Positions 33,505 through 45,310 of a stretch of 64,000 nucleotides of DNA are shown here, piece after piece. This DNA is from Blastocladiella emersonii ATCC 22665 (lineage: Eukaryota > Fungi > Blastocladiomycota): NCBI GenBank assembly GCA_025594325.1, contig JANHCV010000012.1:124001-188000 (forward strand). The letters run 5' to 3'. The notes under the pieces are model-generated. The model saw nothing but the letters and a program-made list of their open reading frames with translations, ran no database searches and was not told the DNA's origin. Within the stretch, counting starts at the first letter, position 1. Each line of letters starts with the position of its first letter. The translations under genes and the position numbers were made by a program.

Positions 33505-34538
33505 CTACTGCTCGGGGACGTGCGGCACGACCAGCTTCTGCGAAAACTCCTCAATCTCGGCGGCGCCGCGCACCTCCTTGGTCAGCAGCGGCAGCTTGAC
33601 GACGTGGAAGTCGGCGTACAGCTCGTGGATCTGCTCGAGGTACTTCTGCTGCATCTTGTGGCGCACGTTGCAGTGCTCGCACGTCGACCCGGGCTTGGGG
33701 AACAGCAGCTGGTTGACGATGATGTTGTGCGTATCGATCTTGTAGCTGGTCAGCTCCTGGATCATGCGCTCCGTCTCGTACAGCGACAGGAACTCGGAGA
33801 TGCACACGCAGACAAACGTCGTCTTGTCCGGGTCCTGGAACTGCTTGTTCACCTCCTGGATGATCTCGCGCATGCCTTCGAGCTTGGCGAACATGTCCTC
33901 GGAGTTGGCGTTCATGCCCATGAGCCCCGACATTTGCGCGATCATGGGCGCGAACCGCCCCGAGAACTGCGAGATCTTGCCCAGCGCCTTCTCGAGCACC
34001 GCCGGGAACGAAAGGAACCGCAGCGTGTGGCCCGTCGGCGCCGTGTCGAACACGATCACCGAGTAGTCCATGGACTTGACCAGCTTCATCACCTCGGCGA
34101 ACCCCATGGCCTCGTCCACGCCCGGGATCGCAAACGCCAGGTCCTGCATCATCCCGTTCATGGCGCCGCCCTCGGGGTTCTGCTCCATCATCTCCTGGAT
34201 CGACGCGTTCGGGTCAATCTCCATGGCGTACAGGTTCGGGAACCCGGTGACCAGCGTCGGGTCGCGGCCAAACTTTTGCCCGAACGCGTCCGACAGGTTG
34301 TGCGCTGGGTCCGTCGAGATCAGCAGCACCGACTCGCGGCACTTGGACAGCTGCACCGCCAGCGAGCAGCTACATGTTTGGGGGGATGTTAGGACTTGCA
34401 CCAGGGGGTGCAGCGCACGCGAACGGACCTGCTAGTCGTCTTCCCGACGCCGCCCTTGCCGCCGACAAAGATCCACTTGAGCGTGTCCTGGTCGAGCACG
34501 TTGCGCAGCGAGGGCTCAAACTCAAACTCGTCGGCCAT
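33505..34538 (-). CDS. GET3: GET3/ArsA-family ATPase (guided entry of tail-anchored proteins)
   Basis: [16 protein letters not shown], intron 34370-34428, CSLAVQL...[12 protein letters not shown]; PGVDEAM; [13 protein letters not shown]; [10 protein letters not shown]; CxxC (CEHC). Confidence 0.97.
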
Positions 34539-34914
34539 CTTGGGTGGGGAGAGTGCAGGGGGTTGTTGATACGTGGAAGCCCGTGGCTGTTGAGGACTCT
34601 GCTGAGAGAGAGAGGGAGGGGCGACGGATCGAGGCGTGGGGGCCGACCGGCGGCGTTCAGCGGCGGCGGCGCGGCGGCGACAGCGTGGCGGAACGCCGCC
34701 GATCTCACGCACACGTGAGCTATCCCTATACCACCACATTGTCGCGAATAGTGCGAGGATAGCCTAGAGTATTCTTGGATGGTGTGATGGACTATTGGGA
34801 GGAGTCCAGAAGACCTGAGGCGCGACGGGTGCAGGCAGAAGCTACGGAAACCTGAAGCCAAATAGGAGCGCATTTTGGTCGGGTCAGGAACACGCATGAG
34901 TAGCGGCCGTCAGA

Positions 34915-34987
34915 GCCCTCCTAGCTCAGTCGGTAGAGCGCGGGACTTTTAATCCTGAGGTCACGGGTTCGAACCCCGTGGAGGGTA
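34915..34987 (+). tRNA. tRNA-Lys (anticodon TTT), intronless, 73 nt
   Basis: Acceptor stem GCCCTCC/GGAGGGT, D-arm GCTC-AGTCGGTA-GAGC, anticodon arm CGGGA-CTTTTAA-TCCTG, T-arm ACGGG-TTCGAAC-CCCGT. Confidence 0.96.
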
Positions 34988-35000
34988 GGCAGCGCCTATG

Positions 35001-35010
35001 TTTTTTTTTT
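35001..35010 (+). terminator. RNA polymerase III terminator (T10)
   Basis: Poly-T run beginning 14 bp downstream of the tRNA. Confidence 0.85.
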
Positions 35011-35209
35011 CGTTTCCGTTTTCGTTGTTCCCTCGACGTTTTTATCTCTGACAACACTCCCCCCACCTCCCAAGCATCCTAGGCGAATTGAGGAGAAGCC
35101 GCCTCAGACGGTCGGCGGGTGACGCGTCGCTTGACCCGCGTGGCGCTTCGCGAGGTGAACGCGTTCCACGCTCGCTCCCCGCCACGCCTGATGGACTGGA
35201 TTAAGCACC

Positions 35210-36532
35210 ATGAATTCTGAACACGACTCCATGCAATTCGCTCTGCCATCGGACCTATGGACTCCCGTCCTGCAGTTGGCAGCAACGCGGTCGGCCGTGC
35301 TCGCGTCCTCGCGGGAGCTTGGCACCTGCGCGTCGGACAAGCGCGTGCTGCTCGCCCAGTTCCCCGCCATCCTCCGCGCGTTTACGAGCGGGCTTGACAG
35401 CTACTATGGCCAGCTGTCAATTTTGCGGCTCGCGTGCGATGTGTCACTTCTCAACGACCTCCGGCTGCTCCTGATGGTGCCCGGCTTGAACCGCAACACC
35501 TGCGCCTGCCTTCAAGCGAAGCCGGTACTTGCGCCAGAGTTGTTCGTCGTTCTCGTCCAGGCGCTCGCGGTCCGCGCGTCCCGTTGCGGCGCGTGTACTC
35601 GTTCACGAGCTTCCGCGGGATCTCGACGCAATGGACAGCGTCCTCTGTGCAATTGCCTGGCTGCTCGATCGCGGCTGGTCAACCGTATCAACCGGCCCTC
35701 CCGTGAGTGTTGCCAGCAAAACCGCGCCCGAACGGAATCTTTTCGCGCCGTACTCTCGCTTCATTTCATCGCACGATTCCCATGTCGTTGTGATGGGCCC
35801 AAGCACGTTTCGCGCTCACTTTGCGCTCCATCTGTCAGCGCACTTCGGCGCCCCGAGCCTCGAGCAGCTCTAGTATATTTTCGGGTCGGCCCATCACGCG
35901 TGGAGCGAGTTCATTGCTGCGACCATCCATCTCGAGCCGGCTGTCGCTGGTGCGATCATGAATATGATCAACCACGGGTTTGGCGAGCCGCAGCTTGCCC
36001 TGGTCCTTAAGCGCGGTACGTCGCGCGTACTTTTTCAGGCTCAGGGGAACACTCCGCTCACGCCAGACGAATAGCGAATTCTCCATTTTTTCACAAAGGC
36101 CGGACAATGTTGTACATTCTTCGACTTGCGTGGCAGCACTTTCCGCAGCACTTGGACCAGGTACTTCAGCGTGCGTGCGAGGTGGTCGCTTCGGCTCGCG
36201 AGATGGCGCGCGTGCTTGGGGCGACGCCGCCGGAGCTTCTCTACATCGACAACGCGCCCGTTCCCGCCGACAATGTCGCGGGGGATGATCGTACAGTGGC
36301 AAACCGTGGTTCTCAATTTTGCTCACGTTCCCGGCATCGACGCCTGGGCACTCAAGCGCGAGCAGCGCGACGATTGGCGACCGTTTTGCGGGCCACGCGT
36401 GTGTGCCCTTCGCCGACTTCGCGGACCCGGCGACGCGCGCCGCGGCGGTCGTGCTTGTCGGTGGTATCGTTAAGGACGTTGAGCCCGATGCGGTCGATAG
36501 TTTTGGGTGGGCCTGTCATGCGCGCGAGGTGA
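35210..36532 (+). pseudogene. F-box-like pseudogene
   Basis: FALPSDLWTPVLQLA...SRELG is F-box-like. The coding signal hops between ORFs 35210, 35529 (EQL*YIFG, internal TAG at 35871-35873) and 36107. Confidence 0.55.
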
Positions 36533-38789
36533 ACCAGGCCGTCCATAAGCGACGGCCGCGGCGAAAAGTGTCACTCGCCTTGCCTCAGGCAGCCTCGCTG
36601 AAAGAAAGACCAACGACGACGACGACGACGTGGTAAAATAATCGTGTGTTAGGACACGACCGCTTGAGAAACGGTGGAAAGCAAACTAACCATCAAGGAG
36701 AAAACCGCCCCACAGCTCGCGATACTACGGAACAGAACCATTGCAAAGCAAAGCCACATCGTACTTGTCGTCGTCGTCAAAATTCAAACGCCGTCCACAA
36801 ATGCCTTGCGGCCGAGCGTGACCAAAAATCCGCCTCAACTTGCCCGGGGGAGCCGCGTGACGAGAAGCGCGAGCGCGGCCGGATCGCGAGTGGCGATTTC
36901 TGCCCAACGCAGTGGCAGGAGTGGTAGGCCCTCGCTGAACGTTGGACCAGCCGAAGCGAGTCGTGCTACCAGTACACGATCGCGATGAACGCAAGCACGT
37001 CCATGAAGCGCGCGGCATCCAATATTGGGTCGCCGGAACACGTCCGCAAGTTTATCCTTCGGTATTGACCTATTTGAACGTGAGCTGCAAGAGGTCCATG
37101 AACGGGTACCAGATTCAACCACTCGGGCCAGCTGAGAGTTAGAGTAAGAAGCGCGCTGCGGCCACGCCGTCTTGATATGCGCGATGAGCTCCTCTAAGAA
37201 AGCAACGCGACCCGTTGTGCACCCGCATGCAGTGCAAGAGGGGCGGCGACCGCGAGCGGGTGCCGGTGAAACTGGCTTGGGTTGGCGGTATCCGCGCGAG
37301 CAACGGCCGCGACCAAGCCAAGCCAAAGTCCGCGTTGCCCTCAGGCACATGGGGTTCGGGCGGTTTCTGCAGGAGGAGCCGAGCGTGTCAAGCGCACGCG
37401 TGCGCGCGCAAAGTCGTGGACCAAACAAACGCTGCAGGTGAGATCGGGACTATCGTCAAGACTAGCGATCAAGCCGATTGTCCAGGAGGAGAGGAGAAGA
37501 AGAGAAGAGAAAGTGCGGGTTGGCTGTCATTGTGTACGTGGCGCTAGAAGCGAGAAGCGAGCACCAACAGCCAAGTCAAGGCGAAGCTGCGCGAGTTGGC
37601 CCACAGTGTGGCATGGCGGCGAGCTCGCGCGGAAGGTTGATGAGGCTCGGCAGCCGCATGGTAGATGGTCGCCGGTCAGATTGCATGGAGTCTTTCATGG
37701 TATGCTTCATGGCAGTGGAGTACCAGAGTGGAACGCAGGAGGAAGCGGCGAAGATTGCCGCTACGACGACGAGCGCCACTCGGTTCGGTCAGCCTGGGCC
37801 ACGTGCGCGTGTTCGGCGCGGGTCAGCGGCGCGGGTCAGCGGCGCGGGTCAGCGAGATCATGTTTCCAAGAATGATTCCGAGCCCGATATGGGATTATAT
37901 GTGGCATTCAAACATGCTTGAGCGGCGGCGGCGGTGTTCCGCGTGCCGTAGCAGCCCAGCTGCTAGCCATGGACGCGGCCATCATCATATTGTAACCGGT
38001 GGTTGAGGGTGATCCATTTTGAGCGGGGGCTGAAATCAAATTGTCGCTGATTGTCTCCCCGCGGTGATTAATGCGTGCCTCGCACCGGTCACGCAAAAGT
38101 CACCCGACCCGAGCGCGACGCGTCGCGTGTCTCCTCTCCCGAAGCGATTCTCGCGCCACGCGGCAAGTCTTTTTTTTTTATATTTTTGCTGCAAATGTAT
38201 CGCACCTGACTCGCTTGCACCTGCTGCAACTTCACGAAGACTTGCAGCGACGGCAGGCGCCTGCCCTCGCACGCACCCTCCCACCCGCGCGCCTTCCCCT
38301 TCTCCGCACGCCCTGCGCCGCCGTGCAGTCTCTCTCTCCACCACCACCACATGCAATGCAACATGACAACCATCCGAAACCCCGCGCTCGGCCGCCTACC
38401 GCGGCGCGGCGCGCGACTACACGCCACTCGACAACCGCAGCCCGATCCGCTCGTTTCTCAAGGTGTCGGTCGTGAGGTATCCTGGTACGCTGCCGGAGTG
38501 GCGCGACCGCCCCTCGCTCTCCCTCGTGTAGATGCCCCCCGGTGCGGGCCTAGTACCCTCCTGGCCTAGTTCTCTCCCTCGGCACGCCCTTTGCGGCACG
38601 AGCTCTCGCCGTAAGGAAGCGTAAGCACCGCCCCACACCTCCCCCATCATACGCTCGTTCGCCCCGACGTATGCTGCGGCGGGCCCGTGTGTGGCGCGGC
38701 TGGCCGGGGTCTCGGCCGTTGCGGAGGGGCTAATGAAGGGAGGCAAACGGTGTGGCGGCCGAGTAGGTGGCGGGTAGTGGCCCATGGAC

Positions 38790-39671
38790 CTTTGCGTCTG
38801 TTGGGCGGAGCGGCTGGACCCGATCCAAAATACTACCCGTCGTACAGAAACGCCGCCCGCGCTGCACCGGGGGCACCCCCGTACGCCGGTTACCCCACCC
38901 CACCCACCACCAAGTTCAGTTCAAGCGCAACGCGAGGCTCTCGATCGCGGGAAGCAGCAGGTACGGCGGCGCCGATGCTCGTCTTTGTGATGATCGCCTA
39001 CTGACGCACGATTCTCGCCCGTCGTGTGTGTAGATCGCGTCGCCTTCGTCCCCCATCCACTACTCCCGCGCGGCAGTTTCGCGTCGTGCGGCGGCGGCCG
39101 CCAGGTCAACTTCGGCCCCCATGGTCGCGTTCAAGTTCAAGGCGTGTTCGAGGTACCGCATCTCTGACCTGCAACCGCCGCCGCCGCGATCAGGACAACT
39201 CACGCTGTCCCTCTCACCCACCCGTAGATCCATCTCCTCCAAGGTTTCGCGACGCGTGCCGCTACCAGATCGTGTCGTGGTGCCACCGAGTCAAGTCAAG
39301 CTGCGCTCATCGTTCCGCTCGCCGTGACCGACGACGCCCTCAAGAAGCTCAAGCGCCTGTACGTGCCGATCAAGCGGATCATCGAGCCCAAGAACGGCGG
39401 CGACACAACCTCGGGACCAACTTCCACCACCGCCAGTACATGCAGATCGCCGGCATTCCGCATCACGTTTCTCGCCGCCGCCATGAACCTGCTGTCGCGG
39501 TCGGTCACGCTCAAGCAGGGCGGCCGCCGCACCGCGCTCAAGTCGATCCGCTGCTACCGTACCGGCCTCGATTCATGCGAGCTCGAGAAGAGCCCAAGTT
39601 CCAGCCGGCCTGTGACTGGCAGCAGTCGATCGTTCCTCGTAGAAATACATCCCACACCCGTCCATCCGTGA
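38790..39671 (+). pseudogene. Unidentified spliced gene relic
   Basis: GC3-biased segments (LKKLKRLYVPIKRIIEPKNGG; ITFLAAAMNLLSRSVTLKQGG) flanked by GTAC...TAG introns (~38951-39033, ~39152-39228). Frameshifted. Confidence 0.35.
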
Positions 39672-39929
39672 CGCTCTTCTTGTCCCACTTCGAGCGGTGC
39701 AGGGCGAGAAGACCTTTGCGTTCGCCGCGTGGGATGAACGAAGCGAGAAGGGAGAGTGACGCACCTGACGCGCTGAAGCGAGTATAAGGGGGACCGACTA
39801 CAAGTCGCGCGATGCCCAAGGTAAAAAGTAAAGGTCAAGAGCACGTGTTTAGTACAACTCAATTACCCTGCGCCAACGTGCGTCCGCAATCCAGCCCGCT
39901 CACGGGGTGCAGTTACATGTTTTCGTTGA

Positions 39930-41313
39930 TTAATTGCAATTGAACTCGCAACTTGGACAATACTTTGTAATGAGAGCAGCACATTCGTTGCCCCGAGTCT
40001 GATTCCTGCTCAGGCTGAGTGTCTCAAGCTCAGGTGGAACGTGGGGGATGAGGAGAGCAAATGACTCGTTGGTGATGCCGCTGGAGTACAGGCTCAGTGT
40101 CCGAAGCGATCGCGGGAGCGCTCTGCCAAAATCGGCTGCGTTAGAGTCCTCGATCTTGGCTCCAAACAAGGTCAAGGTGCGCAGCCTGCGCGGTAGGCTC
40201 GCAATAAAGCTTGGGACGGAAGCCGCGTCATTGAGCCTACACCAAGCGAGGCAGAGCCGATTAAGACTCTCGGGGAGGTGCGGCATAATTACATCGATAT
40301 CGCTTCGTTTCCATCGGTTGAGAAAGAGACACGTCACTTGAAGCACACGCAGCCGCTGAGCAAGCGCGTGCACCGCTTCGGTTGGGAGATGCGACTCCAT
40401 GATGGAGAGTGTCTCTAGTTGTGCTGAGAGCTCACTTACCAGGGAGAGTGCAAATTTAAGCGAGAGCATGGCTTTGATAATGCGCAGTTCGCGCAAAGTC
40501 GCGGGAAAGGGCTGGAACTCGACTGCTCGATCTTCTGTCCCGTAGGCATTGCCCTCGAGTGACAGCTCCTCGAGTACACTAGGCAGCCATGGGGTAGAGA
40601 CCTTGTCGCTCTCGTAGTCAAGAGGATTATGCATCAACTCCAAGACGCGCACCGAGTCTGGAAACTGGATCATTTCAAGAAGGGGCAAGGTGACAGCGCA
40701 CTCGCTTAGGATAATAATGGTCAGGGCGCAGCCAGGGTGCGCAAGAATTTCTGAGAGAGAAGCTTGGCGCCGGCGCGAGTTAGCCGCATCGAATCAAGCT
40801 GAAGCACAGTCTCCTTGCCGAACGCAAACTCGTCAAAGTGCTTTGCGGGGTACACATCGGCGTCCGCTGCAATGGCGTGCCCGCGAAACTCGCGATGCAT
40901 CGAGGCCGGATACTTTGGCGCGACATCGAGGAATACACGGGCAGCGCTCAGAAGCCGGCCATCCAGTTTGAGCTTTAGACCAGAGCTGCGCCACCACTCC
41001 ATGATGTGGTAATGAGAGTTGGCCCACGCAAGCGATATGGCATGCTCAGAGTAGTCGAGCGGAAGGCCAAAACGCCTCCATTCTTCAAGCACAGCAAGGC
41101 GTCCGTGCTCGCTTGCCACGTCCATGGTCAAGTTGGCAGCGCACTGAAGAATAGCTTTATAGACGCTTAAGGCGTGGAAACGAGGCATTGCACGCAAATA
41201 CTTAAGAAGGCCAGGCGTGTCGTGCGTGTCGTGCAAGCGGGCGGCGCGTTCAAGTATCAGTTCGACGACACTGTACGGAACAATAATATAGCGAGACGAC
41301 TCTTCAAGGTCAT
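39930..41313 (-). pseudogene. Ankyrin-like + LRR gene with frameshifts
   Basis: MDVASEHGRLAVLEEWRRFGLPLDYSEHAISLAWANSHYHIMEWWRSSGL (ankyrin-like) followed by LRRs (LPESLNRLCLAWCRLND, LPRRLRTLTLFGAKIED, LPRSLRTLSLYSSGITN). Frame breaks near 40720 and 41270. Confidence 0.82.
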
Positions 41314-41465
41314 TGTTTCAGCAAGTTCCATTCGCTTCAGAGTTCATGGCCGGCATGGGAACTGGCACTAAGAGAGCGAGAGCGCCGTGGCCGCCCAGGT
41401 GGCCGGCTGTCGAAACTTTCGGCGGTTCCCACGAGGATTCACGCTCCCGCACTCACCCTCGTATC

Positions 41466-42920
41466 ATGGAGCCAATGAAGAGCGGGCTTCCCGCACTACC
41501 TGCAACGGTCTTCGACCGCATCCTCTGCCACGCTGTGCGGCTGCACGACCCGGACGACGTGGCGGGGATGCGGCGGTACTCCCGCATCATGCTCCGCGAC
41601 GACGCCCCTTGCGTGCACCGCGCCATCGTCGACCACGCCACTTCCGTCTCGATCGATGAAGCGAGCGCGACAGGCCGGCTCAACGTGCTAAATGCATGGG
41701 CTCGGTCGGGCAAACCGCTCGAGTATACGGGTGCCGCGATCACGGGGGCGGCCCGGTCGTACAAGTCGCTCGACTGGTGGCGGCGCCATACCGAACTCGC
41801 GCTGCCCGAGTGCGAGGTCGGACACATGGTACAGGTGCACTTCAATGGGACTTGTAGCGAGGACGACGACGCTTTTGTACGTCCCGCCTCATATAGGTCA
41901 ATCGCCCTCGCAAACTCATAGTCCGTTACCTAGGATCTCGAGCGCTACGACCAGCCACCCGGCGATATCTACCTCCAAGGCTTCCTGCCCGCGGTGCGCG
42001 ACGGGTCCGTGGGCACGGCATGGTGCGTTGGGATGCGCATCACCGAAACCGGTGCGTCTACACTTGCCGATGCTTTGGCAGAGCCAACCGCGAGCGTTGC
42101 ATCAATCGACTTGGAGTGCTGCGATATCACGTTCGCGACGCTTTGCGCCCTTCGCTTGCCAATTTTGGTCACTCGCATCAGCCTCAAGCGCAACTGGGTC
42201 AGCGAGGGCGCTGCGGCACTTTCGTCGGTTCCTTCTTGCTCGCCCTTTCCGCCGCATCTCTACTGCCTCGCTCTCATGGAAAGCGTTCTTGGTAACGTGC
42301 AGGACACCGAAGCATTGTTTCGCTCAATTCCCGACTCGCTGGGCGAACTATGGCTTTCGAACACCCTGTTTAGCATCGACCACGCCCGCGCCTTCGCTGC
42401 CAAGGTCCCACCCAGGCTCAGCCGACTTTCGCTGTCTCGTTGCCAGCTCGGACTGCAGGGTATCGCCGTTGTCGCGCCACAGCTGCCGCGCACCCTTGTG
42501 TGGCTCAGCCTCGACTCAAACGAAATTTGCCCAGAGGGCGCCGCCCATGTCGCGCGACACTTTCCACCGCAACTCGTCTACTTCAGCATGGAGGACAATA
42601 TGCTACTTGGCGACGAGGGACTTGCCGCGTTATCCCAGGGCATCGCGCCGAGCGTTAAGCAACTGTGGGTCGGCGAAACTGGCGCCTCAGACGCCGGAGT
42701 CTTCGCTCTTGTGGACCGCATCCCACCGCATCTCGAGGACCTGAGTCTATCCAGCGCGATGCTTAGTCGGTCAGCACTCGAGCACGTCTTTGCGCGTATC
42801 CCGTCGAGTCTCGTGTGGCTCTCGCTCGTGAACTGCGTTGATCCCGCCACGGACTCGCCCCAGGATATTGAACCGTTCCTTCAAACGATGCGCGATGGTC
42901 TTGAGGTGCAGGTCACCTGA
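41466..42920 (+). pseudogene. Ankyrin-like + LRR gene, disrupted in the linker
   Basis: IDEASATGRLNVLNAWARSGKPLEYTGAAITGAA..DWW, then 26-aa LRRs (VPPRLSRLSLSRCQLGLQG, LPRTLVWLSLDSNEICPEG). The candidate intron 41877-41921 does not remove the TAG at ~41931, so no clean model exists. Confidence 0.78.
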
Positions 42921-43195
42921 ATACATTGATCCGCCCGCGCTGTAATCGTTGATCCTCGCACGTTCGAGTGGATGAGCGAGGCACGAGACGCGACCGCGAG
43001 GACGCCAAACGAGGTCATGAACGGCGCTTGAAGCGCCTGCCGTCTAACCGGAGAGAGCAAGACTTGCACTTTTAGCCATGCGTACGTTTGAACTGCACAA
43101 CGAGCCGTGCATCCGCAACAGCGACCACCCCACTCGATTCGGCCCAAGTCCAGGTGTTCCTTGGTGATCGCGCTGCTGAAGTACTCCGCACTTCC

Positions 43196-44475
43196 TTCAA
43201 TCGAGGGCTAAAGCTCTCTTTTTAGACCGCGTCGCGGCCGGATAGGGTGCCGACGCTCACGTGAGCATGTCGCCCTCTCGTCATGTCAATGTCCTCGAAA
43301 CGCGTGACAGACGCGTCGTTTCTCATGTGATCGCTGTGGCGCAACGCGTCCTGGCCGTGCACGTGATCGGCCTCGGCGCAACCCCCGGAAGCGCGTCGCT
43401 TGACGCTGTTCCGCTCGGCCATCGCGGAACGTTTAACGCTTTGCACCGACCCTCGACCAGGCCCGCGAGACTCCGAGCACATGAAAGCGTGAGAGATGCG
43501 GAAGCGCGGTAAGCCGCTAACGGAGCCCGTGCTTGGCGTGCGTGTTGGAAAACGGAGCACGTGTTCGGTGCACATCCTTAAACGACGCGGTTCACCTGGG
43601 AGCCGCTAGCGCAGGCTCGTTGACGTGGGCGCGAGTTCAACGGTTGCACCGAGAACGACTTGCGAGGTCCCATGAACGTGAGTTCGAGTGAGGACTGCGA
43701 GGTCGAGAGATCCGCTCTTTGAGTTGCGGTCCGTTATACGGACGGGTCGCTCCGTGGCTTGGGTTTGCCAGACGTTGCAGCGGGCGCAGACGTCTTGGTG
43801 AGCGGATCGCAGGAACTCGCTGTTCGCGTGGGTGCGGGTCCGCGCAACGTGCTCGCTCGAGTGGGCCGTGCTCCGCTGGATCATCGCGGCCCGCGAGCTC
43901 CAGGTCGAGTGGGTCCGTGGCCACGCCGTGAACTTGGAGAATGAGGAGGCCGACGCGCTCGCCAACAAGGGCTGCCGCGCATCTCCCGCTGTGAATCGCC
44001 GCCGCCGTCCGCGCGGACCTCGATGCGCCCTTCACGGCGCGCAGGCGCGGCTGCGACTTCAACTCAGTCCCGCGACGCGCTCTCCGCCGCCTGCACGACG
44101 CGCGACACGACCCGCTGCTCGCTCTGACCGCGTCCGCTGGCATTACGTCCTCCCCCATCGATGTCCCTGCCCTTGTCACTGCGCTTCGGGGCAGCACGCG
44201 CCGCATCCACCCGAGCGAGTCCCTCACCGCAAACTCGCTCCCGTGCTTCCAGCTCCGCGCGCTCGCAGGCCAGCTGCCGACCCGCGGCTGTTTGCACCAG
44301 CTCTGGCCGTACCGCTACGAGTCCCCCAACTGCGCCGAATGCCCAAAAACTGGCGGCAAGGTCGCCGACACTCAAGCGTACGCGTTTGAGTGCACACTCT
44401 TCGCGCGCAATCGTCTCCGCGGCACTGGACGACGTCCGCATCGTAAACGCCCTCGCGGCGGTCGACAAGGGCTAG
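43196..44475 (+). mobile_element. Non-LTR retrotransposon (LINE) relic: RNase H plus zf-RVT
   Basis: YTDGSLRGLG (RNase H motif 1), WIIAARELQVEWVRGHAVNLENEEADALA (RNase H C-terminal motifs) and CAECPKTGGKVADTQAYAFEC (zf-RVT-like). Internally deleted and frameshifted. Confidence 0.78.
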
Positions 44476-44611
44476 ATCGGGGGCAGGCTCCGCACCAGCG
44501 TCACCGGATCGCTCGCCGAGCGCCTTCTCAACCCAAAACACATGAAGCACCGTGGCCGCCATCGTGGACGCACCACTCGTCGCGTGGTTCAAACAGCTTT
44601 ACTGAGACGAA

Positions 44612-45139
44612 CTCATCGATCCACGCCTCGCGCTCCTGCCGCAACGGCCATCGCCTCGAGCGCCATGCAGGAGCTTGCTTGGCGCCCTCGCTGCAGCGCG
44701 ATTGCTGATGCCGCGCCGGTGACACATGAGGGTGCCCTGCCGCCACTCAACGCGAGCGACCAACCGCACCATCCTTTGTTGAAGCGCGCGCATCGCGCAG
44801 CAGGGGAACGCGCTGTGCTGTGACGCGCAAAGCTGCGACGCGCAAAGCTGCGACGCGCAAAGCTGCGACGCGCAAAGCTGCGACGCGCAAAGCTGCGACG
44901 CGCAAAGCTGCGACGCGCAAAGCTGCGACGCGCAAAGCTGCGACGCGCAAAGCTGCGACGCGCAAAGCTGCGACGCGCAAAGCTGCGACGCGCAAAGCTG
45001 CGACGCGCAAAGCTGCGACGTGCTGTACTGCCACGAGCGAAACGGCGCAAGCGCGAAACGGCGCAAGCGCCCAACGTGGCGGGGCTTTAGCCCTCGATTG
45101 AAAACCTGACGCGAAGCGTCTAGGTGCCTCAAGTATAAT
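44612..45139 (-). mobile_element. Inverted fragment homologous to 45311-45703 (probable LINE piece) carrying a minisatellite
   Basis: Reverse complement aligns with 45311-45703 (e.g. TTATACTTGAG.CACCTA.ACGCTTCGCGT..GGTTTTCAATCGAGGGCTAAAGCCC; GGCGCGGCATCAGCAATCGCG.TGCAGCG.GGGCGCCAAGCA). Confidence 0.8.
44822..45020 (+). repeat. Perfect 15-bp minisatellite (GACGCGCAAAGCTGC)x13
   Basis: Thirteen identical units from 44822 to 45016, plus GACG. Confidence 0.98.
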
Positions 45140-45310
45140 TATGATGCTCCGCGTTGCGACCCTCCAACGCGCGGCCGGGCACAAAGTGGAGACGCGTTTC
45201 GTTATCACGTGAGTGACGCGTCGTTCGTGGAAAGTTGCGCGCGTGCTTCTCCGCAGATGCTTTGGACGCAGACGGGGCTCAATGGCTCGTCCATGCTCAC
45301 TTACTCACTA

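Noticed and set aside
28503-33745. Numerous long overlapping or antisense ORFs (e.g. 29470-31305, 29706-30959, 31361-32287; also 22759-24084, 50975-52318, 54133-55710)
   Set aside because: These are Arg/Ala/Gly/Pro-rich shadow frames expected from extreme GC3 bias in the real genes, with no recognisable motifs.
37815-37854. GGCGCGGGTCAGC x3 tandem repeat (and CGCCGTT x4 near 63873-63902)
   Set aside because: Short slippage repeats with no associated structure.
44822-45020. CRISPR-like array
   Set aside because: The units are contiguous with no unique spacers, there are no cas genes and the context is eukaryotic. The same applies to the 22.3-kb and 50.2-kb motif clusters.
44820-45101. Repeat-protein ORFs (RKAAT)n, (SQLCA)n, (RRSFA)n, (ALRVA)n
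   Set aside because: All frames are open simply because the 15-bp unit has no stop codon. There is no independent coding evidence.
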